A stretch of DNA of 64,000 nucleotides from a virus. Positions 48,723 through 57,913 of this stretch are shown piece after piece (within the stretch, counting starts at the first letter, position 1; the number at the start of each line of letters is the position of its first letter). The stretch spans positions 1 through 64,000 of the IMG/VR virus record IMGVR_UViG_3300009149_000023; one strand, 5' to 3'. Made by a program: the position numbers and the translations under genes. The notes beneath the pieces were generated by a model, which had not been told where the DNA came from, made no database searches, and saw only the letters and a program-made list of their open reading frames with translations.

Positions 48723-49383
48723 CGGTCTTTACATACTATCAGAAGAACCTTTGTTTGAGTCAGAGATTGTCATTGACAAGAGCAGAGCTGACAACACAGT
48801 AATAGCGAGAGCAGTTATGCAGATTACTGATGTTATGAATGCTAACCGCAGAATTTACCCTAGAGAGCTTTTAGAAAGGCATCTTGAATTAGCACAACCT
48901 ATGATTGCTAAAAGAAGATTATTCGGAGAAGCAGATCATCCACCAGCAGATGCACCTATGCATAGAATACTTTCAATTCGCTTTAAAGACAGTTGTCACT
49001 GCTTTAATAAAATGTGGATTGATCAAGAAAGAGGTAGAGGTGTTGTAAGAGCTATAATCGAAACTACTCCTACTACTTGGGGTTACACTTTAGCCGCAAT
49101 GTTAAGAAAAGGAATGGGTGTAGGCTTTTCTCTAAGATCAACAGGTCGCGTACAGATGAGAGGGGATGTTGCTTATGTGGCTGAGCCTTTCAAATTCGTG
49201 ACGTATGACGCTGTTATTAATCCTTCCAATGAAGCCGCTTTCGTAGAAGAAATACTAACAGAAGCAAGCAATTGTGTAAAAGAAAGATATTTAACAGAAG
49301 GCAAAGAATTAACGTCTTTAATTGAGTCTTATATTGAAGCTGAAGTTAGAGATTGTGCATCCAGAATGCTTAGGTTCCTGTAA
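48700..49383 (+). CDS. Prohead core protease, T4 gp21-like
   Basis: NANRRIYPRE, LFGEADHP, TTPTTWG, GFSLRSTG, VTYDAVINPS. Confidence 0.92.
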   Translation: MMNNTNRNGLYILSEEPLFESEIVIDKSRADNTVIARAVMQITDVMNANRRIYPRELLERHLELAQPMIAKRRLFGEADHPPADAPMHRILSIRFKDSCHCFNKMWIDQERGRGVVRAIIETTPTTWGYTLAAMLRKGMGVGFSLRSTGRVQMRGDVAYVAEPFKFVTYDAVINPSNEAAFVEEILTEASNCVKERYLTEGKELTSLIESYIEAEVRDCASRMLRFL

Positions 49384-49392
49384 GAGGATAAT

Positions 49393-49824
49393 ATGCTTAT
49401 TAATTTTAAAGCCTTAGAACAAACTTTACGTCCTATTGTTAAAAGACCTAATGTATTTAAGGTAGCTATCGTTATTGATAAGCTATCAGGTCAAGGTGGA
49501 GATGTTAGAGTTTCTACATACGATGATAAAGACAACAGAGTAAGTTTTTGGCGACAGGATGCTGCAACTCCAGCTAAACGCGGAGAAGTTAAAGTTATTA
49601 ATGAAACAGTTGCCTCTATGAAGAACAAACTCGTCATTAATTTTCTTGGCTTAGAGCGCATATTAGCACATCTTTCTAGACGAAGTGCTGCACTAGAACG
49701 CATTCTTATTTTGTTTGACTTGATAAATGGTGTAGCTAAGATTAATGTTTATCGTGGTAATAAAGAAATTCAATCTTGGGCAGAAAAAGCAAGTCATAAT
49801 TCGAAGGTTATCAAACTCAGGTAA
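49393..49824 (+). CDS. Hypothetical protein
   Basis: 143 aa, RBS GAGG. Confidence 0.55.
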   Translation: MLINFKALEQTLRPIVKRPNVFKVAIVIDKLSGQGGDVRVSTYDDKDNRVSFWRQDAATPAKRGEVKVINETVASMKNKLVINFLGLERILAHLSRRSAALERILILFDLINGVAKINVYRGNKEIQSWAEKASHNSKVIKLR

Positions 49825-49907
49825 ATGGATTTAGTACTAGAACCAGGAGACTGATTCTTAGTTCTTTTTACTTTAAAATTTCTAATACGTTTATAGTACA
49901 GTTCTAT

Positions 49908-49922
49908 AAACACACTAATTGA
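49908..49922 (+). promoter_or_regulatory. Variant of the candidate promoter motif, AAACACACTAATTGA
   Basis: Two mismatches to AAACACAACAATTGA; intergenic, upstream of the unit ending in the major capsid gene. Confidence 0.45.
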
Positions 49923-49941
49923 AGAGATGGAGGAATACTTA

Positions 49942-50220
49942 ATGCACGTTGAAGGGATTCTCACACAAGAGACAGATATTGTCTTGAAAAGAGACACTGT
50001 AGACAAACTAACTGAAAAGCTAGTGAAAGACACTAATAAAGACATTTACAACAGACTTAGAATTGTAAGAGCGTGTACAACTAGAGTCTCAAATGATACT
50101 ATTAAAGTTAAAGAAGAAATTTCAATTTTAGAAGACAAAATTGAATTAAATGAAACGGAAATTCAGAAGTTACTTCTTGTAATAGCTTCGGCTATAGAAC
50201 AGGAGGCTGCAAATGAGTAA
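49942..50220 (+). CDS. Small coiled-coil head-region protein
   Basis: Start moved to ATG 49942 (RBS GGAGG). Confidence 0.55.
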   Translation: MHVEGILTQETDIVLKRDTVDKLTEKLVKDTNKDIYNRLRIVRACTTRVSNDTIKVKEEISILEDKIELNETEIQKLLLVIASAIEQEAANE

Positions 50221-50539
50221 GCCGTTAACCATAACACCAATCGGAGAGAGAAGTCTCTTTGATGAAGTGTTGAACGAGCAACTAACACAGCTCGTGCTTC
50301 AAGAAGTTTCTCAAGACGCGAAGGAAAAGAAAGAGCGAATTAATAAAATTGAGAACTTACTCTTGAAACACAGAGCCGTTTTGAAAAAGCTACGCAGTAA
50401 ACGTGAATCACTTTTAGTTGAGTTCGACCGCCAAGAGCGAAGGAAGAAGGAATTACGCGATCTCATCCAAAAGATTCAAACAGTTAAGTTAGTTGTACCA
50501 GCTGATGTAAAAGCTGAAGTAAGACAAATCTTTAATTAG
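50213..50539 (+). CDS. Small coiled-coil head-region protein
   Basis: RBS GGAGG; LNE/LQE sites, heptads. Confidence 0.55.
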   Translation: MSKPLTITPIGERSLFDEVLNEQLTQLVLQEVSQDAKEKKERINKIENLLLKHRAVLKKLRSKRESLLVEFDRQERRKKELRDLIQKIQTVKLVVPADVKAEVRQIFN

Positions 50540-50572
50540 AAACAAGTTAAAAACTATCGGAGGAACACTTTT

Positions 50573-52006
50573 ATGAGACAGATTCTTTTAGAGACCAAAC
50601 AACGCCTAGAAGCTAATCATGGCGTGAACATGGTTACAGAAATGCAGCGTATCCTCGCTGAACCAGTACTTTTTGAGGAATATATTGACGGCTTGTCACA
50701 GGGCATGAATGATGCCGATGCTGAGCAGTTTAAAGTTCTTGCAGAGAATACTGGTGCTAACCTGATGGAAAACTCCATCTTCGGTTATAATCCTTATGCA
50801 GTTTTGGTTATGCCTCTTCTTAGGAAGTTCTGGCCACGCCTTTCTGTTAAGGAAGCTGTAACTGTATCCCCAATGAGCAGCCCAAGCGTTGTTCGTTATT
50901 TCATTAAGCCTATGGCTAAAACCTATCTGGGAACAGAAGTCGAACTTCCAGATTTCAACAACAACGTATCACTCGGACCACAAGTTCCTGTGACTCCAGC
51001 TGTTGTCGTTCCTTCCCAGACTGATCTTCTGAATCTTCTTGGATTGACTTCCGCAATGGGTTCAATCTCTAGAACTCTCAGAGTAACTGCAGTATCCGAT
51101 GGAACTAACACTGAACCATGCAGCATCGAGACAGACATCGATGGTAACTTCTCTTCAGCTGTTACTTTCCAGGCTACTTCAGTAACAGACGTCATCCAGG
51201 GTCATGTTGATTTTAAGAATGGTATAATCAGCCTTAGCTCAGTTGGTGGAGTCATCACTGGCGCTACTCTGTATGCTATCGTCTCTCTGGAACAGAATAC
51301 TATTAATACAAACATCGAATTCAGAACTGAAAAGATTTTGTTCGAAGCTCTGACACGAAAGCTTAGTGCTCGTTGGTCAGTTGAGTTTGAACAGGATACT
51401 AAAGCTCTGTTCAATCTCGATGCACAGGCCGAGCTTATCAGCATCATGAGCAATCAGATTGCTGTTGAAATCGACAAAGAAATCATCACCGAACTTCTGA
51501 CTACAGTACAATTCCTGCACAACACAGCTATCGATACTTTTGATAAGACTGTTCCTGCTGGTTTTGCTTTAGGTCCGAAGGCTTGGTACGAAAACATTCT
51601 TGTTAAGATGAATGCTCTTAGCCAGACTGTATACAAAGATACAAACATCGCACCTGCGAACATTATTCTTTGTAACCCAAGCGAAGCTGCTATCCTTGAA
51701 ACAACTAACAGGTATGTATATGTAAGTGATGGCTTCTCCGGAAGCGAGCACACATATCGCGTAGGCACACTGGAATCAGGTAAGTGGAGAGTTATCGTAA
51801 CTCCTATCGTTCCTGAAGGCAAAATGCTTATGCTCATCAAACCTGCAGAAGAAAGAGCAGCTGTGTATTTCTACTGCCCATACATTCCAGTAACTATTTA
51901 TCCGTTCCCACTAGGAACCATGCCAAGCATGACACTTATGACTCGCTATGCGAAAGCAGCAGTGCGTCCTAAGGGTATTGCTTTGCTCAATGTTGTTGCT
52001 ACATAA
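50573..52006 (+). CDS. Major capsid protein, T4 gp23-like
   Basis: MPLLRKFWPRL...PMSSP; RKLSARWSVEFEQD...LDAQAEL...IAVEIDKEII; YFYCPYIP...LMTRYA; NLME maturation site; terminator follows. Confidence 0.93.
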   Translation: MRQILLETKQRLEANHGVNMVTEMQRILAEPVLFEEYIDGLSQGMNDADAEQFKVLAENTGANLMENSIFGYNPYAVLVMPLLRKFWPRLSVKEAVTVSPMSSPSVVRYFIKPMAKTYLGTEVELPDFNNNVSLGPQVPVTPAVVVPSQTDLLNLLGLTSAMGSISRTLRVTAVSDGTNTEPCSIETDIDGNFSSAVTFQATSVTDVIQGHVDFKNGIISLSSVGGVITGATLYAIVSLEQNTINTNIEFRTEKILFEALTRKLSARWSVEFEQDTKALFNLDAQAELISIMSNQIAVEIDKEIITELLTTVQFLHNTAIDTFDKTVPAGFALGPKAWYENILVKMNALSQTVYKDTNIAPANIILCNPSEAAILETTNRYVYVSDGFSGSEHTYRVGTLESGKWRVIVTPIVPEGKMLMLIKPAEERAAVYFYCPYIPVTIYPFPLGTMPSMTLMTRYAKAAVRPKGIALLNVVAT

Positions 52007-52031
52007 GAGTAGTTTCAAACGCTAAGAAATC

Positions 52032-52068
52032 AAGAAGGCTCAGTTTCGGCTGAGCCTTCTTTTTTTTT
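52032..52068 (+). terminator. Intrinsic terminator after major capsid gene
   Basis: AAGAAGGCTCAG-TTTCGG-CTGAGCCTTCTT followed by a T run. Confidence 0.9.
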
Positions 52069-52101
52069 GCCTTTTCACTATTTTAGGGAGAACATAATTG
52101 T

Positions 52102-52983
52102 ATGATTCAACTATATCAAATTGGTACAACACTAGCATCGCTAGGGCTGATCAGACAGGCTTTAGAGGAAGAAGGAGAACGCACTGCGCTAAAAACTCTT
52201 GACACTTTAATGGTATCTATCTATACACTCATAGGTCTAAGCCAGGCTGCTGCAAAGTCTGTTCATGAAGAAAAAATCATCCCTAAACTCCAAAAAGCTC
52301 CTATACACGCTTACTTCACTGAAAGGATACAAGACCTAACTAAGAATAAAACTATTAGTGTGCACTCAGCTCCTCATGCAATAGAGCAAAAAGGGTTACA
52401 ACCTTGTTTTATAGTTCCTGGAATTAAGAATAAGATTTTTGTAGACCCAGTAGTTATGGATAGACTACATGTGCCCCCTAAGTTTACTAGATACCAAGTG
52501 CAGATAGCTTTGCTATTACATGAGTATGGTCATTTAAAACTAAACCACGATAAATACTATGAAAGTTTTAAGAAAAGAGTACTACCTAATATCTTGTTTA
52601 GTTTAGGTAAACATCTCTTAACTAGAATGGCAATCAAACGTATTGAAGAAAATGCTCATGATATGACCGATGAAGAAAAGAGCAAGTTCTTTAACTTTGT
52701 CGTTCTGTGTGCTGTTTCCTATACAATAGTTGAAATACTAGCTGTGGCTTATTTCAAGAGAGAACCTGAATATGCAGCTGATACAGAAGTTAAGGGAGCA
52801 TTTAAAGATGCTTACGAAGCTTATCTTAAATCAATGGCTAAAGCTGAACAAGCACAGACTGCCCACTATGACAAGTTAATGAGGATATTTAAAACTGTGC
52901 TTAAACATATAAAAGACATATCATCTCAGAATCCTACGTTTGAACAGAGACTCAATAAAGTTGCTAAATCGGACACCCCGTAA
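52102..52983 (+). CDS. Zinc metalloprotease, M48/HtpX-like, with hydrophobic segments
   Basis: ALLLHEYGH, downstream FKREPEYAAD, NPTFEQRL; hydrophobic FVVLCAVSYTIVEILAVAYF. Confidence 0.7.
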   Translation: MIQLYQIGTTLASLGLIRQALEEEGERTALKTLDTLMVSIYTLIGLSQAAAKSVHEEKIIPKLQKAPIHAYFTERIQDLTKNKTISVHSAPHAIEQKGLQPCFIVPGIKNKIFVDPVVMDRLHVPPKFTRYQVQIALLLHEYGHLKLNHDKYYESFKKRVLPNILFSLGKHLLTRMAIKRIEENAHDMTDEEKSKFFNFVVLCAVSYTIVEILAVAYFKREPEYAADTEVKGAFKDAYEAYLKSMAKAEQAQTAHYDKLMRIFKTVLKHIKDISSQNPTFEQRLNKVAKSDTP

Positions 52984-53010
52984 AAACCTTAATAGATCGA
53001 GCATTTTCTG

Positions 53011-53025
53011 AAACACAACAATTAG
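53011..53025 (+). promoter_or_regulatory. Candidate phage-RNAP promoter motif AAACACAACAATTAG
   Basis: Intergenic, ~30 nt before ATG 53054, upstream of baseplate/terminase/tape-measure genes. Confidence 0.6.
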
Positions 53026-53053
53026 AAGAACATCACCAGGAGAATTAGTAATT

Positions 53054-53830
53054 ATGGAAAAATCATATCTAGTAGAACTGTTTGAACAGAATGTTAGTTC
53101 TGTGTGGAAAGAGCATTCTCCTGCAGAACTATACTCAGTAACAGATAGGCAAGCAGCTAAGTTTAAACGACTCACTTATGGTAGAGAAGCTGAACAAGGT
53201 AAAGTTTTCCTAGAAGCTGTAATGCTACATGGAATGCTAGCTGTTGCTGATAGACTTAAAAGCAAACTTGGTTCTAAGTTTTTTGCATCAGTTCAAGCTG
53301 ACTATGGAAAACTTCTTGTGAAACTTAGAGGACATGCTTCGATGGATGAGCTAAGAACTATTGTTAAGCATCAAGGTTCCATTGCTGCTAAAGTAAGTGA
53401 AGTACTTCTTAAAAGAGGCACGCTTCAGCTAAGTGATGATAGAGTAACGATGTTTACTATAGGAGGTATTGCTAAGTTTCTTGAACAATATCTTTTACCT
53501 GCACCTACTGCTTGGAGAATTAGAGGTGGTCTTACTTCTAGGGTAGAGAAAGGCGGATCAATTCAACATCAAGCCTTAAAACTATATGTATCCTTTGCAG
53601 CACAAGCAGCACATGCTCTTGGTGAATTACTTGCACTAGTTATGTTTATTAAAAAGCATAACGTTAACAGACAGACATTAGAAAAAGATTCTGCTTATTA
53701 CAATAGACTAAAAATGGAACTAACAAAAGCATATAGGTCAGCAACAATGGTACTACCTACACTTGCTAGGATGGATCCTTTGAAGCTACTGCCTAACGTT
53801 AAACCCATTACACCGCAAAGAGCGGCATAA
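53054..53830 (+). CDS. Hypothetical protein
   Basis: 258 aa, RBS AGGAG. Confidence 0.6.
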   Translation: MEKSYLVELFEQNVSSVWKEHSPAELYSVTDRQAAKFKRLTYGREAEQGKVFLEAVMLHGMLAVADRLKSKLGSKFFASVQADYGKLLVKLRGHASMDELRTIVKHQGSIAAKVSEVLLKRGTLQLSDDRVTMFTIGGIAKFLEQYLLPAPTAWRIRGGLTSRVEKGGSIQHQALKLYVSFAAQAAHALGELLALVMFIKKHNVNRQTLEKDSAYYNRLKMELTKAYRSATMVLPTLARMDPLKLLPNVKPITPQRAA

Positions 53831-53892
53831 ACTACTTTAAAGGTAGTTAAGAATAGTTACTTTAATTAATTTTTTCAAGGAGGTTTACACCT

Positions 53893-54666
53893 ATGAACGG
53901 ACCCTTACCAAAGATGGATCTTCCTCAGTACGACGTTATCACCCCGCAGACTAACAAAACATTTACCCTGAGGACAATGACAGTTGCGGAAGAAATGAAG
54001 CTGAAAGGCTCATTAATCACACCAGAGCAAATTGTTTCACACGTCACAGCAGTGCTTTATGACTGTATTGTTAACAAGCCTGAAGACATCAAAGACATCA
54101 AAGACTTCATGACCAAAGTAACAACTCACGACCGGCAAGCACTATTGTTCGGCTTATTTCATGTTACTCATGGCGAAATTCAAAAGTATCCTGTTGAGAG
54201 TTGTAAAGGTTGCGGCAAGTCCTACGAGTATAACTTCCCTACTGATTCTTTATGTAAGATTACTCAGTATGAGGGCGAAGAAGATATACTTACTATGTTA
54301 GTAGAAGTTAAGCTGCCTATCTCTAAGCTATCTTGCTTTATTAAGCAGCCAACAATTAGAGATGAAATCGTTGCAGCTAAAACTGCTGTACAGATTCCAC
54401 ATGACAAAGAATTCTTGGATGAATTAATCTTTGTAGAGAAATTTACAAAAGGTGCTAAAGAGTTTTCTGAGATCATGGAGAAGCTTAGTTTGTTCAAAGC
54501 TCTGCCTTCTAAGGACAGGCGTGTACTTTGGCAGAAGTATACTGAACTGTTCGGACAGTATCAAGTTAAGGTTTCCGGAGAAGCTGTTTGTCCTTTCTGT
54601 AAGACCGAGATCGAGATAAATATCGATTTCATGGAAATCTTTTTTCGCATGGTTTATGAGCAGTGA
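53893..54666 (+). CDS. Baseplate hub assembly protein, T4 gp26-like
   Basis: LPKMDLPQYDVITP...LRTMTVAEEMKL...DRQALLF; CKGC and CPFC zinc knuckles; ends FF. Confidence 0.85.
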   Translation: MNGPLPKMDLPQYDVITPQTNKTFTLRTMTVAEEMKLKGSLITPEQIVSHVTAVLYDCIVNKPEDIKDIKDFMTKVTTHDRQALLFGLFHVTHGEIQKYPVESCKGCGKSYEYNFPTDSLCKITQYEGEEDILTMLVEVKLPISKLSCFIKQPTIRDEIVAAKTAVQIPHDKEFLDELIFVEKFTKGAKEFSEIMEKLSLFKALPSKDRRVLWQKYTELFGQYQVKVSGEAVCPFCKTEIEINIDFMEIFFRMVYEQ

Positions 54667-54856
54667 GCCTAGTGACTTTCTCGAGATAGTTTATAAAAAC
54701 ATCGCTCAGTACCAATTCCTTTCAAAGGCGCCTTTCTCAGACATTTTTTCAATGCCCGCAAGGTATTTACCTATCGCAGTGAAAGAACTAGGCGAGAAGA
54801 CGCGAGAACTATTGAAGGCACAGGCTTCAATGTTTCTTCCTATTAAGACTGATTAG
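54656..54856 (+). CDS. Small baseplate hub assembly chaperone, gp51-like
   Basis: 66 aa directly after the gp26-like gene; FSDIFSMP pattern. Confidence 0.5.
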   Translation: MSSEPSDFLEIVYKNIAQYQFLSKAPFSDIFSMPARYLPIAVKELGEKTRELLKAQASMFLPIKTD

Positions 54857-54870
54857 AGGTAGCAAATAAA

Positions 54871-56238
54871 ATGGCAACAAATGATTCCATTCGAGGGGCA
54901 GCTGCTCCTCCGGGTGCAGACACTGGAAGTAATGACGTAACATCGGGCGCTTCACAGCGCCCTTTTTATTCATTAGAAGTTGCATGGATAGTTAGTGAAA
55001 AAGGTGAAGCAGGTAGCACAAAGTCTATAGACATTTCACCTTTTGTCATGCGTTTAGTTATTGATAAATCAGTTCGGATACTTGCTCCTATAATAACAGT
55101 TGAGCTTAGGCCTACTGTTAGAGGTATTTTAAAATACAAAATAGGAGTAGCAGACACAGTAAAAATAAAATTATGGAAGTCAGAAGGGACAGGAAAGAAA
55201 CAACTAGAGCTAACCGCTGAGATGTATCCTGCTGAATTCTCTTTCTTATATCATAGGATGAAGACTGAGAATAGTTTTGAGCATGCTGATAAGTCTCCTC
55301 TATCTCTTTTGCTGTATCCTACATTTTTTAACAAGATACTTGCTCATCCTAAAAATCAGATATTTAAAGAACCTAGGAAGCTCGATAAATCTTTCTTGGA
55401 AGAAGTAATTCAATCTGCTTTTAAGAATGCTCCAGGTAAGACTGAATTTGACATACAGATAGACGAACCAGATAACACTGTACAACTTCCTCCTAGGTTT
55501 ATGGTTCATAAAACCCCATTAACTGATTACATGCGTTACTTAGTACAGCGATACGGATTATATAAGTCAGCAACGTTGTTTTATGCTGATTTTCCTGATA
55601 TGAAAGAAGGTGCAGGAGATAATGCAAAACCTGTTATTAATTTAAAAGCGTTGCATAAAGATTCAGAGGAGCTTGCTTTTAGTTTGGTACTTTCAAATAC
55701 TAATGAGAAATACGAACTGCAAGAGAAAGAACATTTCATTTATCTTGCAGTTAATGAAACAGATAGAAAACCTGATGCAGCCATGCAATATAAGACAGCT
55801 ACTAACTATCTTATATTTACTAGAGACTTTCTTTATAAGAGAGCGAAGTTAGGGCTTGAAGGTTTGCAAAAAGAAATTAAAGATGTGTCGGAAGTAATGT
55901 CAGCTGAGCAATTCTTCGAGATTGAAGACTTCTGGAAGATCGAAAAAACTAGCATGACTAACACTATTGATAACAAGTTTTCACATATTCCTTATTACTC
56001 AGATTGTCTAACAGGGCTAAGGGTTGTTCCTTTTACTCCTGATTTCTTCTTCCCCTTTGATAAACTTAGGGTAGGCAGATTAGTTACTATTGACGTTAAA
56101 GATCCTGACTTTATACAAGCAGATGGTAAATTGATAGGTAAGTATATGATCAGAGATATCACAATTAATATAACTAGACAATCAGGTGGTCAGGATCGTT
56201 GGGACATAATTCCCACATTTAGTTTAATAAGGAGGTAG
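54871..56238 (+). CDS. Putative baseplate hub (gp27-like) structural protein
   Basis: Beta-rich; C-terminal LRVGRLVTIDV...GKYMIRDITINI typical of hub proteins; context. Confidence 0.5.
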   Translation: MATNDSIRGAAAPPGADTGSNDVTSGASQRPFYSLEVAWIVSEKGEAGSTKSIDISPFVMRLVIDKSVRILAPIITVELRPTVRGILKYKIGVADTVKIKLWKSEGTGKKQLELTAEMYPAEFSFLYHRMKTENSFEHADKSPLSLLLYPTFFNKILAHPKNQIFKEPRKLDKSFLEEVIQSAFKNAPGKTEFDIQIDEPDNTVQLPPRFMVHKTPLTDYMRYLVQRYGLYKSATLFYADFPDMKEGAGDNAKPVINLKALHKDSEELAFSLVLSNTNEKYELQEKEHFIYLAVNETDRKPDAAMQYKTATNYLIFTRDFLYKRAKLGLEGLQKEIKDVSEVMSAEQFFEIEDFWKIEKTSMTNTIDNKFSHIPYYSDCLTGLRVVPFTPDFFFPFDKLRVGRLVTIDVKDPDFIQADGKLIGKYMIRDITINITRQSGGQDRWDIIPTFSLIRR

Positions 56239-56242
56239 AATT

Positions 56243-57913
56243 TTGGCTAAGCCGTCACCACAATGGATTCAAGAAGAGTTTACAAGATGTAAAAGCTCTT
56301 TTCCTTATTTTGTTGAACACTATTGTTATGTCAATACGGGTGCCGGTTTCCAGTTAATGAATTTAGCTGCTAAGCAAAAGAAACTCTGTGATAAACTAAT
56401 TGAAGACAATAACGTTTTAATACTTGGTTCAAGACAGACAGGTAAGACTACAATAATGGTTTGTTATTGTGCATGGGTAATGTTATTCTTTCCTGGAATG
56501 GACATTACATTCATATCAAGAAAAGAAGCACAGGCTAAAGAACAAATGGTTGATCTTGAAATATTGTTTGAAAGACTTCCTGATTTCTTAAGACCAACGT
56601 TGAAACCAAATGCTGCGACAGAAAAGAAAGTATTAGAAACAGGATCAAAGATTAAAATTGAATCTGTTCTCACTAATCCAGAAGGTAAAGGTCGAGGTAT
56701 GAGGTCTCATATTGTTTGGATCGATGAGGCTGCATTCTTAAAAACATTAAGCCCTTTGCTTTCGGGTTTGCTGCCTACTACGGCTCAACGTTTCCAGATG
56801 GCTAAGAAACATAATCTGCCTCATGGTATAGTAATGACTACAACGCCTAATGGAACAAAAGGTGTTGGTAAAGTATTTTATGACTATTGGGAAGCAGCAG
56901 AAGAGAGTAGAGTAAAGTTCGAAGACGATGGAGAACGCAATAGAGAGATATTACAAAACTGCTTCTTTACATCCTACAGAGTGCATTGGTCTGAAATGCC
57001 TTTCTACGATGAGAAATGGTATGAAGGTGAAAAGAAGAAATTTGGTAAACGGTTAAGAGAGTTTCATCAAGAATATGATTTGTCATTCTTAGGAGGAGAG
57101 GATACTTTCCTTCCTGATTCCGTAATAGAAGCACTTACGTCTAAACCTCCCATCAAGAAAGAGGGAGCTCTTTGGATTTGGAAAACAGCTGACTTATCTC
57201 ACGTTACAGGCGGTAAGGTTAAAGAATATTTAATAGCTGTAGATGTTGCTACTATGTACGGACATTGTAAATCAGCTATTCAGGTATTGGATATGGATAC
57301 GTTAGAACAGGTAGCTGAGTTTAGTGATAAACTTCCTATAGGTCCTCCTATACCTTATAACTTAACAGATGAAATATCAAAACTAGTCATGTTATATCCT
57401 AACTGCACAGTGACTTATGAGAATAACGGTGTAGGAAATCAGCTGGTAGAACAACTTCCTTTTCATCCTGTTATAGGTCCGAAACTTTATAAGGAAGATG
57501 AAAAGAAAAAGAAGACAGGATTTCATACATCCGAGAAAAGTAAAGAAGATATCTTTAATCAAGTATATTCATTGTTACTCAATAGAGCAGACACTATAAA
57601 CTCTTCTAGGTTAATAGGAGAACTTGTTGGATTAATTAATAGTAAGACAGGCAAAGTAACTAAGACATCAACAGCAACAGATGATTTAGTTTTAGCCTTA
57701 GGTCAAGGTTACGTAGTATTTTCTAGATTATATTCAAATCCTGTAACTGCTATCAATTCTCATCCAGAAACGGAGCAAAATCTGAAACATGTCCTTTTAA
57801 TGAATGTTAAAGAAACGGATAACCCTTACACGCAGGCAAGTCAGGAGCTATCAAAAGAGCAGATGATTGAAATCATTAACCGTCTTAAGTCACAAAGTAA
57901 GGGAGGGAAGTAA
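56243..57913 (+). CDS. terL: Terminase large subunit, T4 gp17-like
   Basis: Walker A GSRQTGKTT, Walker B VWIDEAAF, TTPNG coupling motif, nuclease AVDVA, ENNGVG, DDLVLAL. Confidence 0.95.
   Translation: MAKPSPQWIQEEFTRCKSSFPYFVEHYCYVNTGAGFQLMNLAAKQKKLCDKLIEDNNVLILGSRQTGKTTIMVCYCAWVMLFFPGMDITFISRKEAQAKEQMVDLEILFERLPDFLRPTLKPNAATEKKVLETGSKIKIESVLTNPEGKGRGMRSHIVWIDEAAFLKTLSPLLSGLLPTTAQRFQMAKKHNLPHGIVMTTTPNGTKGVGKVFYDYWEAAEESRVKFEDDGERNREILQNCFFTSYRVHWSEMPFYDEKWYEGEKKKFGKRLREFHQEYDLSFLGGEDTFLPDSVIEALTSKPPIKKEGALWIWKTADLSHVTGGKVKEYLIAVDVATMYGHCKSAIQVLDMDTLEQVAEFSDKLPIGPPIPYNLTDEISKLVMLYPNCTVTYENNGVGNQLVEQLPFHPVIGPKLYKEDEKKKKTGFHTSEKSKEDIFNQVYSLLLNRADTINSSRLIGELVGLINSKTGKVTKTSTATDDLVLALGQGYVVFSRLYSNPVTAINSHPETEQNLKHVLLMNVKETDNPYTQASQELSKEQMIEIINRLKSQSKGGK

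Noticed and set aside
21696-57913. Inteins or group I introns in RNAP subunits or terminase
   Set aside because: Conserved motifs are contiguous, with no extra homing-endonuclease-sized inserts or splice motifs seen
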